The notes beneath the pieces are model-generated. The model was not told the origin of the DNA. It did no database searches and saw nothing but the letters and a program-made list of their open reading frames with translations. The translations under genes were made by a program, and so were the position numbers. From assembly GCA_050309605.1 (NCBI GenBank), contig JBNRMN010000021.1, forward strand, positions 32,001 through 96,000: a stretch of DNA of 64,000 nt, written 5' to 3'. This document shows, one piece after another, positions 45,896 to 56,070 of this stretch (the first letter of the stretch is position 1; every line of letters starts with the position of its first letter). This DNA is from Anaerohalosphaeraceae bacterium (GTDB taxonomy: Bacteria > Planctomycetota > Phycisphaerae > Sedimentisphaerales > Anaerohalosphaeraceae).

Positions 45896-47026
45896 TTACT
45901 CCGGGCCGTGGGTTCGGTACGGCATGGCCGCCGGATACTCGCGGATAATTTCCTCATAATCATCCAGCCAGCAGGCCTCGGGGTTGGAATTGCACACCAG
46001 CACCTTGCCGCTGTCGGTATCGTCGGCGGCGCGATGGTATTTGAAAAAGATTTTGGTATCTGTTTTCGACAAGATCTCAATCTTGCCGGTTGCGTGCGAC
46101 ATCACAAACCGCAAGCGCTTGGCCAGCCCCGACACCCGGGCCTTAGCCGCTTCGTAAATGGCATACCCCTCTTCAATCGGCACCGTATAAGCGTGATTGC
46201 CCAATGCCGGGCGACACTGAAACAGATAATACGGCACAACTCCCGCAAAAGACAATCGGCGGAGCAGCTCGGCCAATACATTCGGATCGTCATTGACGCC
46301 CCGAATAAGCGGGAACTGATTGGTCAACACCGCACCAGCTCGCACCAGCTTGTCCAGGCCCGCACAGGCAGTGTCGGTCAGCTCGCGCGGATGACAGAAA
46401 TGCGTCATCACATAAATCCGCTTGGTCGGCAGGCTGTATGTCGAAATCATCTCCGCCAGCCCCGGATCGTCAAGAATTCGATACGGATTAAATACCGGCA
46501 TGCGTGTCCCGAGGCGAATAATCTGCACGTGCTCAATCTTGCGCAATTCGGAAATAATGTGCTCCAGCTTGCGCGTCGCCAGCACCAGCGGGTCGCCGCC
46601 GGTCAGGAGTATATTGGTAATTTCCGGATGTGCGTCGATATACGCCATCGCCGCGGAAATATCCCTGAGTGATTCCTTCTGCGGGTCAATAAACACCCGC
46701 TTGCGAAAACAATAGCGGCAAATCCCCTCACACACATTGCTGACCAGCAGCAGCGCGGTGGAATGATACTTATGCTCCAGGCCCGGCAGTACCGTATAAG
46801 CCTCTTCATTGGAAGGATCCAACCGGCCCCAACCTTCCAGTTCGTCGGTGTGCGGTATAATCAGCCGACGAATGGGGCAGGCCGGATCGTCCCAATCAAT
46901 CAGCGACAAATAATAATCGTTAGCCCGAAATGCGAATCGCTCGGTAACCTGCCGCAGCGTATCGCGTTCGGACTGTGTCAACTGCTCAATATCCCCAATA
47001 TTGTGATAATACTTAATCTTACGCAT
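45896..47026 (-). CDS. KamA-family radical SAM aminomutase (lysine 2,3-aminomutase-like)
   Basis: GLEHKY, CEGICRYCFRKR, LLTGGDPL, RLGTR, HFCHPREL, NQ.PLIRGVND, PYYLFQ, TGKI; substrate not determinable from sequence. Confidence 0.88.
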   Translation of the reverse strand: MRKIKYYHNIGDIEQLTQSERDTLRQVTERFAFRANDYYLSLIDWDDPACPIRRLIIPHTDELEGWGRLDPSNEEAYTVLPGLEHKYHSTALLLVSNVCEGICRYCFRKRVFIDPQKESLRDISAAMAYIDAHPEITNILLTGGDPLVLATRKLEHIISELRKIEHVQIIRLGTRMPVFNPYRILDDPGLAEMISTYSLPTKRIYVMTHFCHPRELTDTACAGLDKLVRAGAVLTNQFPLIRGVNDDPNVLAELLRRLSFAGVVPYYLFQCRPALGNHAYTVPIEEGYAIYEAAKARVSGLAKRLRFVMSHATGKIEILSKTDTKIFFKYHRAADDTDSGKVLVCNSNPEACWLDDYEEIIREYPAAMPYRTHGPE

Positions 47027-47090
47027 AAACCTCGCTGTTTGTACTACGGGTAATCATTTAAAATAAATAACGATATGTAGCCAATTGAAT

Positions 47091-47119
47091 ATGATAGCAG
47101 AAGACACAGCCTTATGCAA
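47091..47119 (-). promoter_or_regulatory. Sigma70-like promoter of the KamA-family gene
   Basis: Minus strand TTGCAT, 17-bp spacer, TATCAT, with an extended -10 TG. Confidence 0.5.
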
Positions 47120-47291
47120 GCCCACGTTAAAATACTATCAATAAATTACTTACGTACAGGGGCCGATGGCGTGGGAAAGATTGTGGGGCATTATCTCATG
47201 GCAGGCAAATAAAGATAATGTTTAGCGGATAAAGGCCCATTATCCGAAATTAATGGATTTATGCAGAGGCGACCAGATTGTAACCGGCCGT

Positions 47292-48728
47292 CTATTCGTC
47301 TGGTTGATCATACGGCTGAAGCCAGATTTCGGCAAACACATGCAAGTCAAAAATATCGACGGTTTGATTCATATCGAAATCGAATCCGCCGCACCAGCCG
47401 CAATCAACTTCGAGCCAGAGGTGTGCAAGCCAACTCAAGTCCACAAGATTCACAAAACCATCGTCGTCATAGTCCCCCGGAACCACGGGTTCGGGCAATA
47501 TCTTAAACACGTCGCCGCTGTTCAAATTCAGGATATAGAGATTTCCCAAGCCGTCCTGCCCAAAAGAAGAAATGCTTGCAATTGAGCCGACATCCGGAGT
47601 CATCTGGGGTGTTCGGTTTATTAAATGGGTTACTGTATCGCCGTCATACACAAACGTCCAGATTTGGGCGTTGACGTAGTCCGCAAAGAAATAGGTCCCT
47701 TGCAGTTCCTGCCTTGCCCCGCGATAGACATAACCGCCTGTGACCGAGCGCCTGCCGCTCGGCCCCGGTACGTGGTCATAAACATAAATCGGATCTGTAA
47801 AGCTCGAATCGAAACAGGGAATCGGATCGCCTGAGGTGTAACACAACTGGCCCTCCATAACGCGCCAGCCGTAATTTTCACCGCCCGGACTGTCGGCCGG
47901 TTGGAAGTTTATCTCTTCTTGAGCATTCTGCCCTACATCGGCAATATACAAATCGCCGGTCAGACGATCAAAACTGCACCGCCATGGATTCCGCAATCCA
48001 TAGGCCCAGACCTCATCGGCCCCATTGCCACCGAGAAACGGGTTATCGGGCGGAATGCGGTAATGTCGCGCCGGATCGTCCGGAAAATCATCGCCATGCA
48101 CATCAATACGCAACAGTTTGCCGAGCAGAACCGTCGTGTCCTGAGCGTTTCCCAGGACGGGGGTATGGCCGGAATCATTATCGCCGCCGCCGCCGCCGTC
48201 CCCGCTGGAGATATATAAATACCCGTCCGGCCCGAAATCAATCCAACCACCGTTATGATTGCTCTGGGGCTGGGAGTAGCTGATGATCAAGGTTTCGCTG
48301 TCAGGGTCAGCGATATCACGATTTCCAGAGACTTGATAACGCCGTATTTGGGTCGCGCCGGTTCCGGCCACAGTGACATTGACATAAAACCAGCCGTTGT
48401 CATGATAGTCTGGATCAAATGCCATACCGAGCAAACCCTGCTCAAAGCCCGTCGCCAGTCCATCAATTTCCAAAAAAACTTCGGAGTTGATTCGGCGTGT
48501 TAATAGATTAAGGATCCGGATTTTGCCCGTATACTGCTCCAGCACAAACAAACGCTCCCCGTCCCCCGGCGGCGAGACAGCATAGAGCGGTCGTTGAAAT
48601 CCTGTCGCAATGCGATGGGTGGTGACGGCACCAGAGCAGGGGAATATCCCCAAAATATAAAAAAACGCAATAATGCTCAATAAGTGCCAAAAACTCACGA
48701 TTTCGTGTTCGATTGTCTGTGTTTTCAT
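47292..48728 (-). CDS. Glucose/sorbosone dehydrogenase-family (PQQ-dependent sugar dehydrogenase-like) protein with C-terminal dockerin-like tail
   Basis: EQGLLGMAFDP, NHNGGWIDFGPDGYLYISSGDGG, GKLLRID, AYGLRNPWR, DVGQ..EEIN, ISSFGQD; GDYDDDGFVNLVDL and DFDMNQTVDIFDL..FAEIWL. Confidence 0.88.
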   Translation of the reverse strand: MKTQTIEHEIVSFWHLLSIIAFFYILGIFPCSGAVTTHRIATGFQRPLYAVSPPGDGERLFVLEQYTGKIRILNLLTRRINSEVFLEIDGLATGFEQGLLGMAFDPDYHDNGWFYVNVTVAGTGATQIRRYQVSGNRDIADPDSETLIISYSQPQSNHNGGWIDFGPDGYLYISSGDGGGGGDNDSGHTPVLGNAQDTTVLLGKLLRIDVHGDDFPDDPARHYRIPPDNPFLGGNGADEVWAYGLRNPWRCSFDRLTGDLYIADVGQNAQEEINFQPADSPGGENYGWRVMEGQLCYTSGDPIPCFDSSFTDPIYVYDHVPGPSGRRSVTGGYVYRGARQELQGTYFFADYVNAQIWTFVYDGDTVTHLINRTPQMTPDVGSIASISSFGQDGLGNLYILNLNSGDVFKILPEPVVPGDYDDDGFVNLVDLSWLAHLWLEVDCGWCGGFDFDMNQTVDIFDLHVFAEIWLQPYDQPDE

Positions 48729-48912
48729 AAATCCTCCGCAAATATGTTAACGCATTCAACATTAAGCCGCTGACAAATCTACCCTCACCATAAGCACAGT
48801 GGTATCAGTATAATCCTGATTTTGAGGGGGATAATAACTTATGCGGAACAAAACGCGTTGTCCCGCTTCGACCTGTTCCTGAGTACGCACCAACAGGCCA
48901 ATGTAACGCCGT

Positions 48913-48951
48913 AAAAAAAGCCCCCGATTCACATTTGCGAATGGGGGCTTT
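48913..48951 (-). terminator. Rho-independent terminator after bfr
   Basis: Minus strand AAAGCCCCCATTC-GCAAATGT-GAATCGGGGGC followed by T7. Confidence 0.8.
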
Positions 48952-48978
48952 GGGGGTTCGTGAACCGGCTAAATAAGG

Positions 48979-49515
48979 TCATTCGGCCGGAGGCACCACA
49001 AATCCTTTGGAAAACCCGCCGGTACTGCTCGACGTGCCGGCAATGCGTGCCAAGTAGGCCTGCCCCAGTTTACCGATATGGTCATTGACATTGTCGAAAT
49101 AGTTAAAGTGCGCCTGCTCTTCGTCAATGATTGCCTCAAAAAGCTTCATCGTCACGCTGTCGCCGTTCTCGCGGCACACATTCAGGAACTGATTGTAGGT
49201 GAAGATGGTGTCGTCTTCCAGGTTGCTGTCGAAGGGAAAGATTTTTTCGACCGCCTGGCCCCGCTGAACCTTGTCCGCCAAATCGGCGGTTGGTTCGCCG
49301 CCCAGTTCTTTGATGCGTTCAGCAAACTGCTCGGCGTGGCGCATCTCGTCAATCGCGATCAACTTGACGTTGGCCGCCAACTCGCCGTAATCCATATCAT
49401 CCAGATTATAGTGCTGATTCATATACTGCCCGATCGCGTGCAGTTCCATCGAACGCGCCTTGTTAAGCACTTCAATGACCTTTTGCCGTGCGGCTTCTTT
49501 TGCATCTTTTGCCAT
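48979..49515 (-). CDS. bfr: Bacterioferritin
   Basis: MELHAIGQY, IDEMRHAE (heme Met), RIKELGGEP, EEQAH ferroxidase residues; AGGAG RBS before ATG 49515. Confidence 0.92.
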   Translation of the reverse strand: MAKDAKEAARQKVIEVLNKARSMELHAIGQYMNQHYNLDDMDYGELAANVKLIAIDEMRHAEQFAERIKELGGEPTADLADKVQRGQAVEKIFPFDSNLEDDTIFTYNQFLNVCRENGDSVTMKLFEAIIDEEQAHFNYFDNVNDHIGKLGQAYLARIAGTSSSTGGFSKGFVVPPAE

Positions 49516-49617
49516 TTTCTCGACTCCTAAAATCGCATTTATCGTATTTGACTCATTCACTGCGTTGTTCATTGTATCCACACCGGCCGGGAATTCCAGC
49601 GTTAATTAGCAAAAAAA

Positions 49618-51057
49618 TCAGCGTCCAACCGCCTTCGCCACGCCCTTGCCGTAAGCCGGGTCGGCCTTGGCAAAATGGGCAATCATTTTGTCCTGAATCT
49701 GTTTCGGCGCCTTTTTCAAGCTGCCGGCGATATTTTCACACAGTCGCTTTTGCTGTTCAGGAGTCATCAGGCGAAACAGATTGCCGGGCTGTATATAATC
49801 GTCATCAACACCGCGTTTTTGCTCGTACCAATCGGCATCGCCGGTGATTTTCAGCGGCGGTTCGCGAAATTCCGCAGCTTCTTTGGGACCGCCGAAGCTG
49901 TTCGGCTCATAATTAACCGACGCTCCCCCGTTGCCGTCAACGCGCATCGCACCATCACGCATATAGTTATGCACCGGACACTTCGGACGATTGACCGGGA
50001 TACTCTCATAATTGACACCCAGCCGATACCGATGCGCATCAGCATACGAAACAATCCGTGCCTGAAGCATCTTATCCGGTGAAAACGAAATCCCCGGCAC
50101 GACATTACCGGGTGAAAACGCCGCCTGTTCGACCTCGGCAAAGTAATTTTCCGGATTACGGTTCAGTTCCAGCACACCGACATCATGAAGCGGATAATCC
50201 CCGTGCGGCCAGACCTTAGTCAGATCGAACGGATTCCACCGATAGGTTTCGGCCTCTTTTTCCGGCATAATCTGCACCTTCAGCGTCCACTTGGGAAAAT
50301 CGCCCTTCTTAATCATCTCAAACAACTGCTTGGTATGATAGTCCGGATCGCAGCCGGCCAGTTTGTCAGCCTCATCCGACGGCATATTTTGAATCCCTTG
50401 CTGAGTCTTGAAGTGGAATTTCACCCAAAACCGCTCATTATTCGCATTGATGAAACTGTAAGTGTGGCTGCCGTATCCGTTCATAAACGGAATACCCGCC
50501 GGGATTCCCCGGTCGGAAAAAAGAATCGTCACCTGATGCAGAGCTTCGGGCACTTGAGACCAGAAATCCCACTGCATTGTGTCGTTTTTGGCGTTGGTCT
50601 GCGGGTCGCGCTTCTGTGTATGAATGAAATCGGGAAACTTGATTGCATCCCGTATGAAAAACGTCGGCGTGTTATTACCCACCAAATCCCAGTTGCCTTC
50701 TTCGGTATAGAACTTGAGTGCAAAGCCGCGCACGTCGCGAACCGTATCAGCGGACCCTTTTTCCCCGGCCACGGTGGAAAACCGTCCAAACATTTCAGTT
50801 TTTTTTCCAACCTGTGAAAAAATCTTTGCCTTGGTATATTTCGTTATGTCGTGGGTCACGGTAAATGTTCCATAGGCTCCGGCCGCCTTGGCATGAACGA
50901 CACGCTCCGGAATCCGCTCCCGATTAAAATGAGATAACTTTTCCAGCAGATAATGATCCTGCAACAACGTCGGGCCGTGTTGGCCTGCGGTCAGCGACGT
51001 TTGGTTGTCCGGCACGGGAATTCCGGCCCTTGTCGTAAGTCGTTCCGGTGTATCCAT
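49618..51057 (-). CDS. katA: Monofunctional small-subunit heme catalase
   Basis: [55 protein letters not shown]. Confidence 0.96.
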   Translation of the reverse strand: MDTPERLTTRAGIPVPDNQTSLTAGQHGPTLLQDHYLLEKLSHFNRERIPERVVHAKAAGAYGTFTVTHDITKYTKAKIFSQVGKKTEMFGRFSTVAGEKGSADTVRDVRGFALKFYTEEGNWDLVGNNTPTFFIRDAIKFPDFIHTQKRDPQTNAKNDTMQWDFWSQVPEALHQVTILFSDRGIPAGIPFMNGYGSHTYSFINANNERFWVKFHFKTQQGIQNMPSDEADKLAGCDPDYHTKQLFEMIKKGDFPKWTLKVQIMPEKEAETYRWNPFDLTKVWPHGDYPLHDVGVLELNRNPENYFAEVEQAAFSPGNVVPGISFSPDKMLQARIVSYADAHRYRLGVNYESIPVNRPKCPVHNYMRDGAMRVDGNGGASVNYEPNSFGGPKEAAEFREPPLKITGDADWYEQKRGVDDDYIQPGNLFRLMTPEQQKRLCENIAGSLKKAPKQIQDKMIAHFAKADPAYGKGVAKAVGR

Positions 51058-51147
51058 AATAGTATCTCCTGTTAAAATATCCTGTTAAGTTTACTCTTTC
51101 GAAAAAGAGTCCAATTCTCGGCATCCGGCACACATATACTCAAATGT

Positions 51148-51176
51148 ATGATATAGGACAGGTTCATGGTTTTCAA
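51148..51176 (-). promoter_or_regulatory. Sigma70-like promoter of katA-bfr
   Basis: Minus strand TTGAAA (51176-51171), 17-bp spacer, TATCAT (51153-51148). Confidence 0.5.
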
Positions 51177-51666
51177 GCCAAATTGAAAAGATTCCCTAAG
51201 TCCAAGAACGAGATATAAAAAACAGCACCATCGCTTTTTTTAATGCCACCACCACATTCCTGACCAGAAGCACACTGCAAAACATCAGGAAACATACGGG
51301 CGCAATTAGACTTCCGCGATGCAATTGTTGTCCATTATAAACCAAACGGTATCATCTCAAACTTATGGGTTAGATGGATTGTTTTCTTTCTGTGTCGCCA
51401 ATTCGATTATCTGCTGAAATCTGCTTTGGCCTTGAGAAAGAGCAGCTCCTTTGTTAAAATTATCACTACAGTGGAGGCTTATTTCTGCTGAATTAATATA
51501 ACGTCTTTTCGAATAACAAGTTGTATCAAATATTAAAAAATGACACCACACAAATCAAAACGCATTGCTGTGCGACAGGGTCTCCATTCAGACGACTTTG
51601 CCGGTTCACGGCACCGATGTGGATCGTTCGCCATACGAATTGTTTTCAATATACAAGGAAAATACG

Positions 51667-52041
51667 ATGAATCTTAAAGATTATTTTTCTCAGACACAAG
51701 GGCTGGGCGTTTTGGCGACCAGCGATGCAGCCGGCCATGTGGATGTTGCGCTCTATGCCGCCCCGCACATACTGGATGAAAACACCATTGGATTTATTAT
51801 GCGGCCTCGCCGTAGCCTGGACAATATACAGAAAAATCCCCAGGCCGCGTATCTGTTTATTGAAAAAACCGAAGGTTACAAAGGCGTACGGCTTTATCTT
51901 GAAAAAAGCGGCCAGGAAAACGACCCGGAAAAAATCAATCAGCTACGGCGAAGTCATCACGGCGGTGATGAGGAAAGGGCCACACTGGTGTACTTCAGCG
52001 TGACCGAGGTGCGCCCGCTGGTCGGCGACAAGACCACGTAA
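51667..52041 (+). CDS. Pyridoxamine 5'-phosphate oxidase-family (FMN split-barrel) protein
   Basis: GVLATSDAAGHVDVA, SLDNIQKNP; AAGGA RBS before ATG 51667. Confidence 0.8.
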   Translation: MNLKDYFSQTQGLGVLATSDAAGHVDVALYAAPHILDENTIGFIMRPRRSLDNIQKNPQAAYLFIEKTEGYKGVRLYLEKSGQENDPEKINQLRRSHHGGDEERATLVYFSVTEVRPLVGDKTT

Positions 52042-52090
52042 ACGGTTGTTCAATAAACCTATCCGGCGTCTCATAGAGTTTTGCTGCACG

Positions 52091-52984
52091 ATGGCTGCTC
52101 CAACAACCATTCTGATCAGTGGTTCGACCGGTTTTATCGGTTCGGCGGCGGCAACGCATTTTCAGTCTGCCGGACATACGATACTCCGTTTGAGTCGTTC
52201 GCCCGGCAAGAACGCGGTAAGCTGGCAGCCGTTGGCCGGCCGGATGGACGCCCTGCCGGATCATGTGGAAGCCGTGGTGCATTTGGCCGGGGAGAACATA
52301 TTCGGACGGTGGACGAAACGTAAGAAAGAACGCATCTACGCCAGCCGTGTGCACGGCACGACCCTGCTGGCCGACCATATCGCCGCGATGAAATACAAGC
52401 CAAAGGTGCTCATCTGCGCATCGGCGGTGGGGTACTACGGCGACAGCGGCGATGCGATCCTGACCGAGCAATCGCCGCCGGGGGACGGCTTTTTAAGCCG
52501 GGTCTGTCGTGATTGGGAAACGGCGGCAGAATCCGCTCGTCAGGCAGGAATTCGCACTGTCCATCTTCGGCTGGGTATGGTCCTGGACAAAAACGGCGGC
52601 GCATTGGCCGCAATGCTGCCGGTCTTCAAACTGGGTCTGGGCGGCGTGCTCGGCGGCGGAACGCAGTGGGTCAGTTGGATTTCGCGGGCGGATGTGATTC
52701 GAATCATCGACTTTGCAATCCAAACCGAAACACTCAGCGGTCCGGTGAATGCCGTCTCGCCGCAGCCGGTACAAAATCGTCTATTGACTCGGACACTCGG
52801 ACGGCTGCTGCATCGCCCGACGTTTCTGTCGGCGCCGGCGGCTGTCCTGCGGCTGGGGTTGGGCGATTTTGCACAGGAAACACTGCTGGCTTCTTCGCGC
52901 GCCGTTCCTGAACAACTGCTCAAGGCGGGTTTTGTGTTTACACACCCCACACTGGAGGAGGCTGTATCGGCAGCCATTTCATAA
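52091..52984 (+). CDS. TIGR01777/YfcH-family NAD-dependent epimerase
   Basis: ISGSTGFIG, VHLAGE, SRVHGT, ASAVGYYG, CRDWE, GGGTQWVSWI, GPVNAVSP, GFVF. Confidence 0.9.
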   Translation: MAAPTTILISGSTGFIGSAAATHFQSAGHTILRLSRSPGKNAVSWQPLAGRMDALPDHVEAVVHLAGENIFGRWTKRKKERIYASRVHGTTLLADHIAAMKYKPKVLICASAVGYYGDSGDAILTEQSPPGDGFLSRVCRDWETAAESARQAGIRTVHLRLGMVLDKNGGALAAMLPVFKLGLGGVLGGGTQWVSWISRADVIRIIDFAIQTETLSGPVNAVSPQPVQNRLLTRTLGRLLHRPTFLSAPAAVLRLGLGDFAQETLLASSRAVPEQLLKAGFVFTHPTLEEAVSAAIS

Positions 52985-53014
52985 AAAAACGGCGCTGAAT
53001 GGCAGCGCCGCTTT
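52983..53014. terminator. Probable bidirectional terminator between convergent genes
   Basis: A7-CGGCGCTG-AATGG-CAGCGCCG-CTTT. Confidence 0.7.
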
Positions 53015-53035
53015 GAGATCAAATTGACGCCGAAT

Positions 53036-54853
53036 TTATATGGCGATCATCTTTGCGGAATGTCTTTTTTTAACCGCTTTGTTCAGGCTCTTAAGGACAT
53101 ATTTTTGCACGACGGCGTCCCAGCCCATATGACGGGCAAGCTCGTAGCCGCTTTTAATCATTCGGTCGGCTTCCTGGTCGGTCTTGGGCAGCCGCGCACA
53201 AATTTCCAGCGCCACTTTACCACTGATTTTGTGTTCGATGCGGTCGCGGTAGGCGCGATCAATACGAAGCATCTCTTCGATTTCAAGCCCTGCATCGCCG
53301 TTTAGCTCAGTATAGTCGGCGGTTATCACATTGGCGACGGGTTTGCCGCCGGAGATCGCCCTGACAAAGCCGGCACAACCGCAGACATTGGTCACGACAC
53401 AGAGTCCGCCGAAACACAGCGGCTCAAGCTGCGCAATGCCGAAAGGCTCATAAATGCTTTGACCGAATTCCACATCACTGCCCTTGCGGATGTCCATAAA
53501 TTCCATTTCAGCCGGCATCCGCGCGCCGCAGCAGGCCCGCGTAAAACCGAACTGATTGATAAAGATAACCTTGATATTACGACTGCGGGCGTTGAATTCC
53601 TGCACCCCCGCATAATAAGCCGCCTCGCCGCCGGATAAATCGGGCATCCCCTCACGATGAGCAACCGGCCAGTTGTATGCCGCTTCCATCTCATAAATAT
53701 CGCGATCACGACGTTTGTGCGTCTCAGTGCTGAGCACCAGCAAAACGCCGGTCTTGTTGAGGGCGGCAAACTCGCGATCCATATGTTCCAGGACGCGCAG
53801 GTCCCGCCACAGTCCCTTGCTGAGTACCAGACGAGTTACGTGCGTAAACACAAAGTCAGGTTTCCAGCCGAGCAGATTTTCGCAATACTGACGAAGCCGA
53901 TTGCGCGATTCATACCGCTCGGCCAGACTGATTTGATAGGCCGGGATGCCGTTGTAGGTCAGATCAATATCGGCAATTTTGAACTCCGGCGATAAAAATT
54001 GAAGCTCCTGGACCACACAATCGCCCACCGCCAGCACATTGTCGCAATGGCGCGCAGCCTCCACCAAAGCATACTTGAAATTGTGAGTCTGATCGCCGAA
54101 TATATCGTTGACGTAAAAGTCATTTTGTGCTGCCTTATGCATCACATTATAAAACATCGTATCGTGGCCGGGATGGCTTTCGACGATGCCGCGCATCGGA
54201 GCAACTTCGTGGGCATAAAAGACCGTCTTGAAATCAAACGGATCGAGAATCCCCGCCAGCGCCGCAGGCATTCCCATAAATTCGTGCGATACAAGAATAG
54301 TCTGTCGGTCGCGCTCGGCGGCGCCGATGGCCTTCAACGCAGCCATCGCGGGAATCGCCAATCGGACGTACTGTTCATATTCCCAGTACTGCTCATAAAG
54401 ATTGCTGCGAATACCGAATTCACGGAACAAGGCCCCCTTGAATTCGTTGATATATCGCTGCTCCATCCGCGTGATATCCACCAACAGCACTTCCGGATGG
54501 CTCTGTATGCCGGTCATCGGATCGACGAATTTTCGCCGCCCATAGACAATGTTGACATTGAACATATTTTCGATGCGGCGAAAGCTCGACATATAACTGC
54601 TGCGCACCAGACCGTCCAGCGAGGAGTACAACACCTCGCCTCCCGGACCCAGCCGATGGGAAATGTCTCCTTCAGATGAAAACAGCGGACTGACCAAAAT
54701 CGTTCGCGCCACGGCTTGGTCATAGGCCCGACTGGTGAACATTCCGTCAAGGACGGCGCCGATGCCGCCGATTTTTCCCGTCGCCTCATGGGTGACATGC
54801 ACAACCGTTGGTTTCTGATTCATCTGTGTGCCCTCGTTTTCGCCATTTACCAT
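53036..54853 (-). CDS. GT-B glycosyltransferase, glycogen synthase-like (GT3-like)
   Basis: HEATGKIGGIGAV (KxGG), SHEFMG, YNGI, SIYEPFG..LE; start 54853 or 54823. Confidence 0.65.
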   Translation of the reverse strand: MVNGENEGTQMNQKPTVVHVTHEATGKIGGIGAVLDGMFTSRAYDQAVARTILVSPLFSSEGDISHRLGPGGEVLYSSLDGLVRSSYMSSFRRIENMFNVNIVYGRRKFVDPMTGIQSHPEVLLVDITRMEQRYINEFKGALFREFGIRSNLYEQYWEYEQYVRLAIPAMAALKAIGAAERDRQTILVSHEFMGMPAALAGILDPFDFKTVFYAHEVAPMRGIVESHPGHDTMFYNVMHKAAQNDFYVNDIFGDQTHNFKYALVEAARHCDNVLAVGDCVVQELQFLSPEFKIADIDLTYNGIPAYQISLAERYESRNRLRQYCENLLGWKPDFVFTHVTRLVLSKGLWRDLRVLEHMDREFAALNKTGVLLVLSTETHKRRDRDIYEMEAAYNWPVAHREGMPDLSGGEAAYYAGVQEFNARSRNIKVIFINQFGFTRACCGARMPAEMEFMDIRKGSDVEFGQSIYEPFGIAQLEPLCFGGLCVVTNVCGCAGFVRAISGGKPVANVITADYTELNGDAGLEIEEMLRIDRAYRDRIEHKISGKVALEICARLPKTDQEADRMIKSGYELARHMGWDAVVQKYVLKSLNKAVKKRHSAKMIAI

Positions 54854-55139
54854 TATCTCTACGCTGTCGAATCAAGTCAGTTGATACCTTTCGCCATATA
54901 AAATATAGGGTAAAATCGACCCGCTGCCAACTGCCTCTTGAGGTGTTTTTACGGAAAAACGTGATGATGATTCCGCTGGTATTCAAAACGGTGATTTTAT
55001 CGGATTGTCAGGAAAATTTTATTAAAAATTTTTGTAGAATTCGGTTTTACAGTATTGAAAGTCTCATTTTTAGCATCACACCGTAAAGCACCTTTGGGCC
55101 GATAATAAAGCGATTTTCAGACCTATTGTGTTTTTTGTC

Positions 55140-56015
55140 TCAGGCGTTAAAACAAGACAAAAATGCGTCTTTGAGCCAGTCGATCAGATCGGTTGCCGTG
55201 AGACTGATTTGTCCCAGTTTGTCGGCGGCCAAGTCGCCGGCCAGACCGTGCACATACACCCCCAGCACAGCGGCGTCGAAACGGTTCATTCCCTGGCCGC
55301 ACAGCGCCGCAATGACGCCGGTCAGGACATCACCCGCTCCGCCGGTGGCCATGCCGGGATTGCCGGTCGTGTTGACATAGTATCGGCTGCCGTCAGTGAC
55401 AACGGTACCGGCGCCCTTGAGGACCACGATACAATCAGTCTGCTCGGCCAAACGGACCGCCTGTTCCACTCGATCCGCAGGCATCGACTCGCGACATACG
55501 CCGTGCCACAAACGCCGCATCTCACCGGGGTGAGGCGTCAGGATGGGGCGCGCCTTTTTGGTCTGAATCCAGCAGCCCGCCCCGCACATCGCGGCGAGCA
55601 CATTCAAACCGTCGGCGTCAATGACCAGCGGCAGGTCTTCTATACTCAGCAAGGCCGACACACACTGCCGCACCCCCCTGCCGGTTCCTGCGCCCGGGCC
55701 AAAGGCCGCCACGTCATTGTCTCGGGCACATCGAACAAGCTCGCAAGCCGCCTGCTCGTCGCATTGACCCGATTCATCTTCCGGCAGAGTCAGTGTGGTA
55801 TAGCACGGGTCCAGGGCGGCCACAATCGGCTGAATCGAACGCGGCACGGCCGCACAGACCAGACCGGCTCCGCTGCGCAGCGCCGCTTTGGCCGCCAGCG
55901 CGGGCGCCCCGCTGAAACCCCGACTGCCGCCGACAATCAAGACTTTGCCAAATGTCCCTTTATGGCCGTCGGCCGGTCGTTTGGAAAGTTTCGGTATTGC
56001 GAGTTGTTGTTTCAT
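55140..56015 (-). CDS. nnrD: ADP-dependent NAD(P)H-hydrate dehydratase
   Basis: HKGTFGKVLIVGGS, GAGLV, GPGAG, IDADGL, LTPHPGE, LKGAGT, MATGGAGDVLTG. Confidence 0.93.
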   Translation of the reverse strand: MKQQLAIPKLSKRPADGHKGTFGKVLIVGGSRGFSGAPALAAKAALRSGAGLVCAAVPRSIQPIVAALDPCYTTLTLPEDESGQCDEQAACELVRCARDNDVAAFGPGAGTGRGVRQCVSALLSIEDLPLVIDADGLNVLAAMCGAGCWIQTKKARPILTPHPGEMRRLWHGVCRESMPADRVEQAVRLAEQTDCIVVLKGAGTVVTDGSRYYVNTTGNPGMATGGAGDVLTGVIAALCGQGMNRFDAAVLGVYVHGLAGDLAADKLGQISLTATDLIDWLKDAFLSCFNA

Positions 56016-56070
56016 TGTTTTTTATCAGGTGAGCTATTCTGGCTATTACCGCAATCAATCAACCCAATTA

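Noticed and set aside
48979..49040. Encapsulin cargo-loading peptide at the Bfr C-terminus
   Set aside because: The tail matches the ordinary Desulfovibrio-type Bfr C-terminus as I recall it, lacks an LxIGSL-type motif, and no encapsulin gene is nearby
55013..55033. AAAATTTT-ATTA-AAAATTTT dyad as an operator
   Set aside because: Low-complexity AT sequence with no second instance to support it
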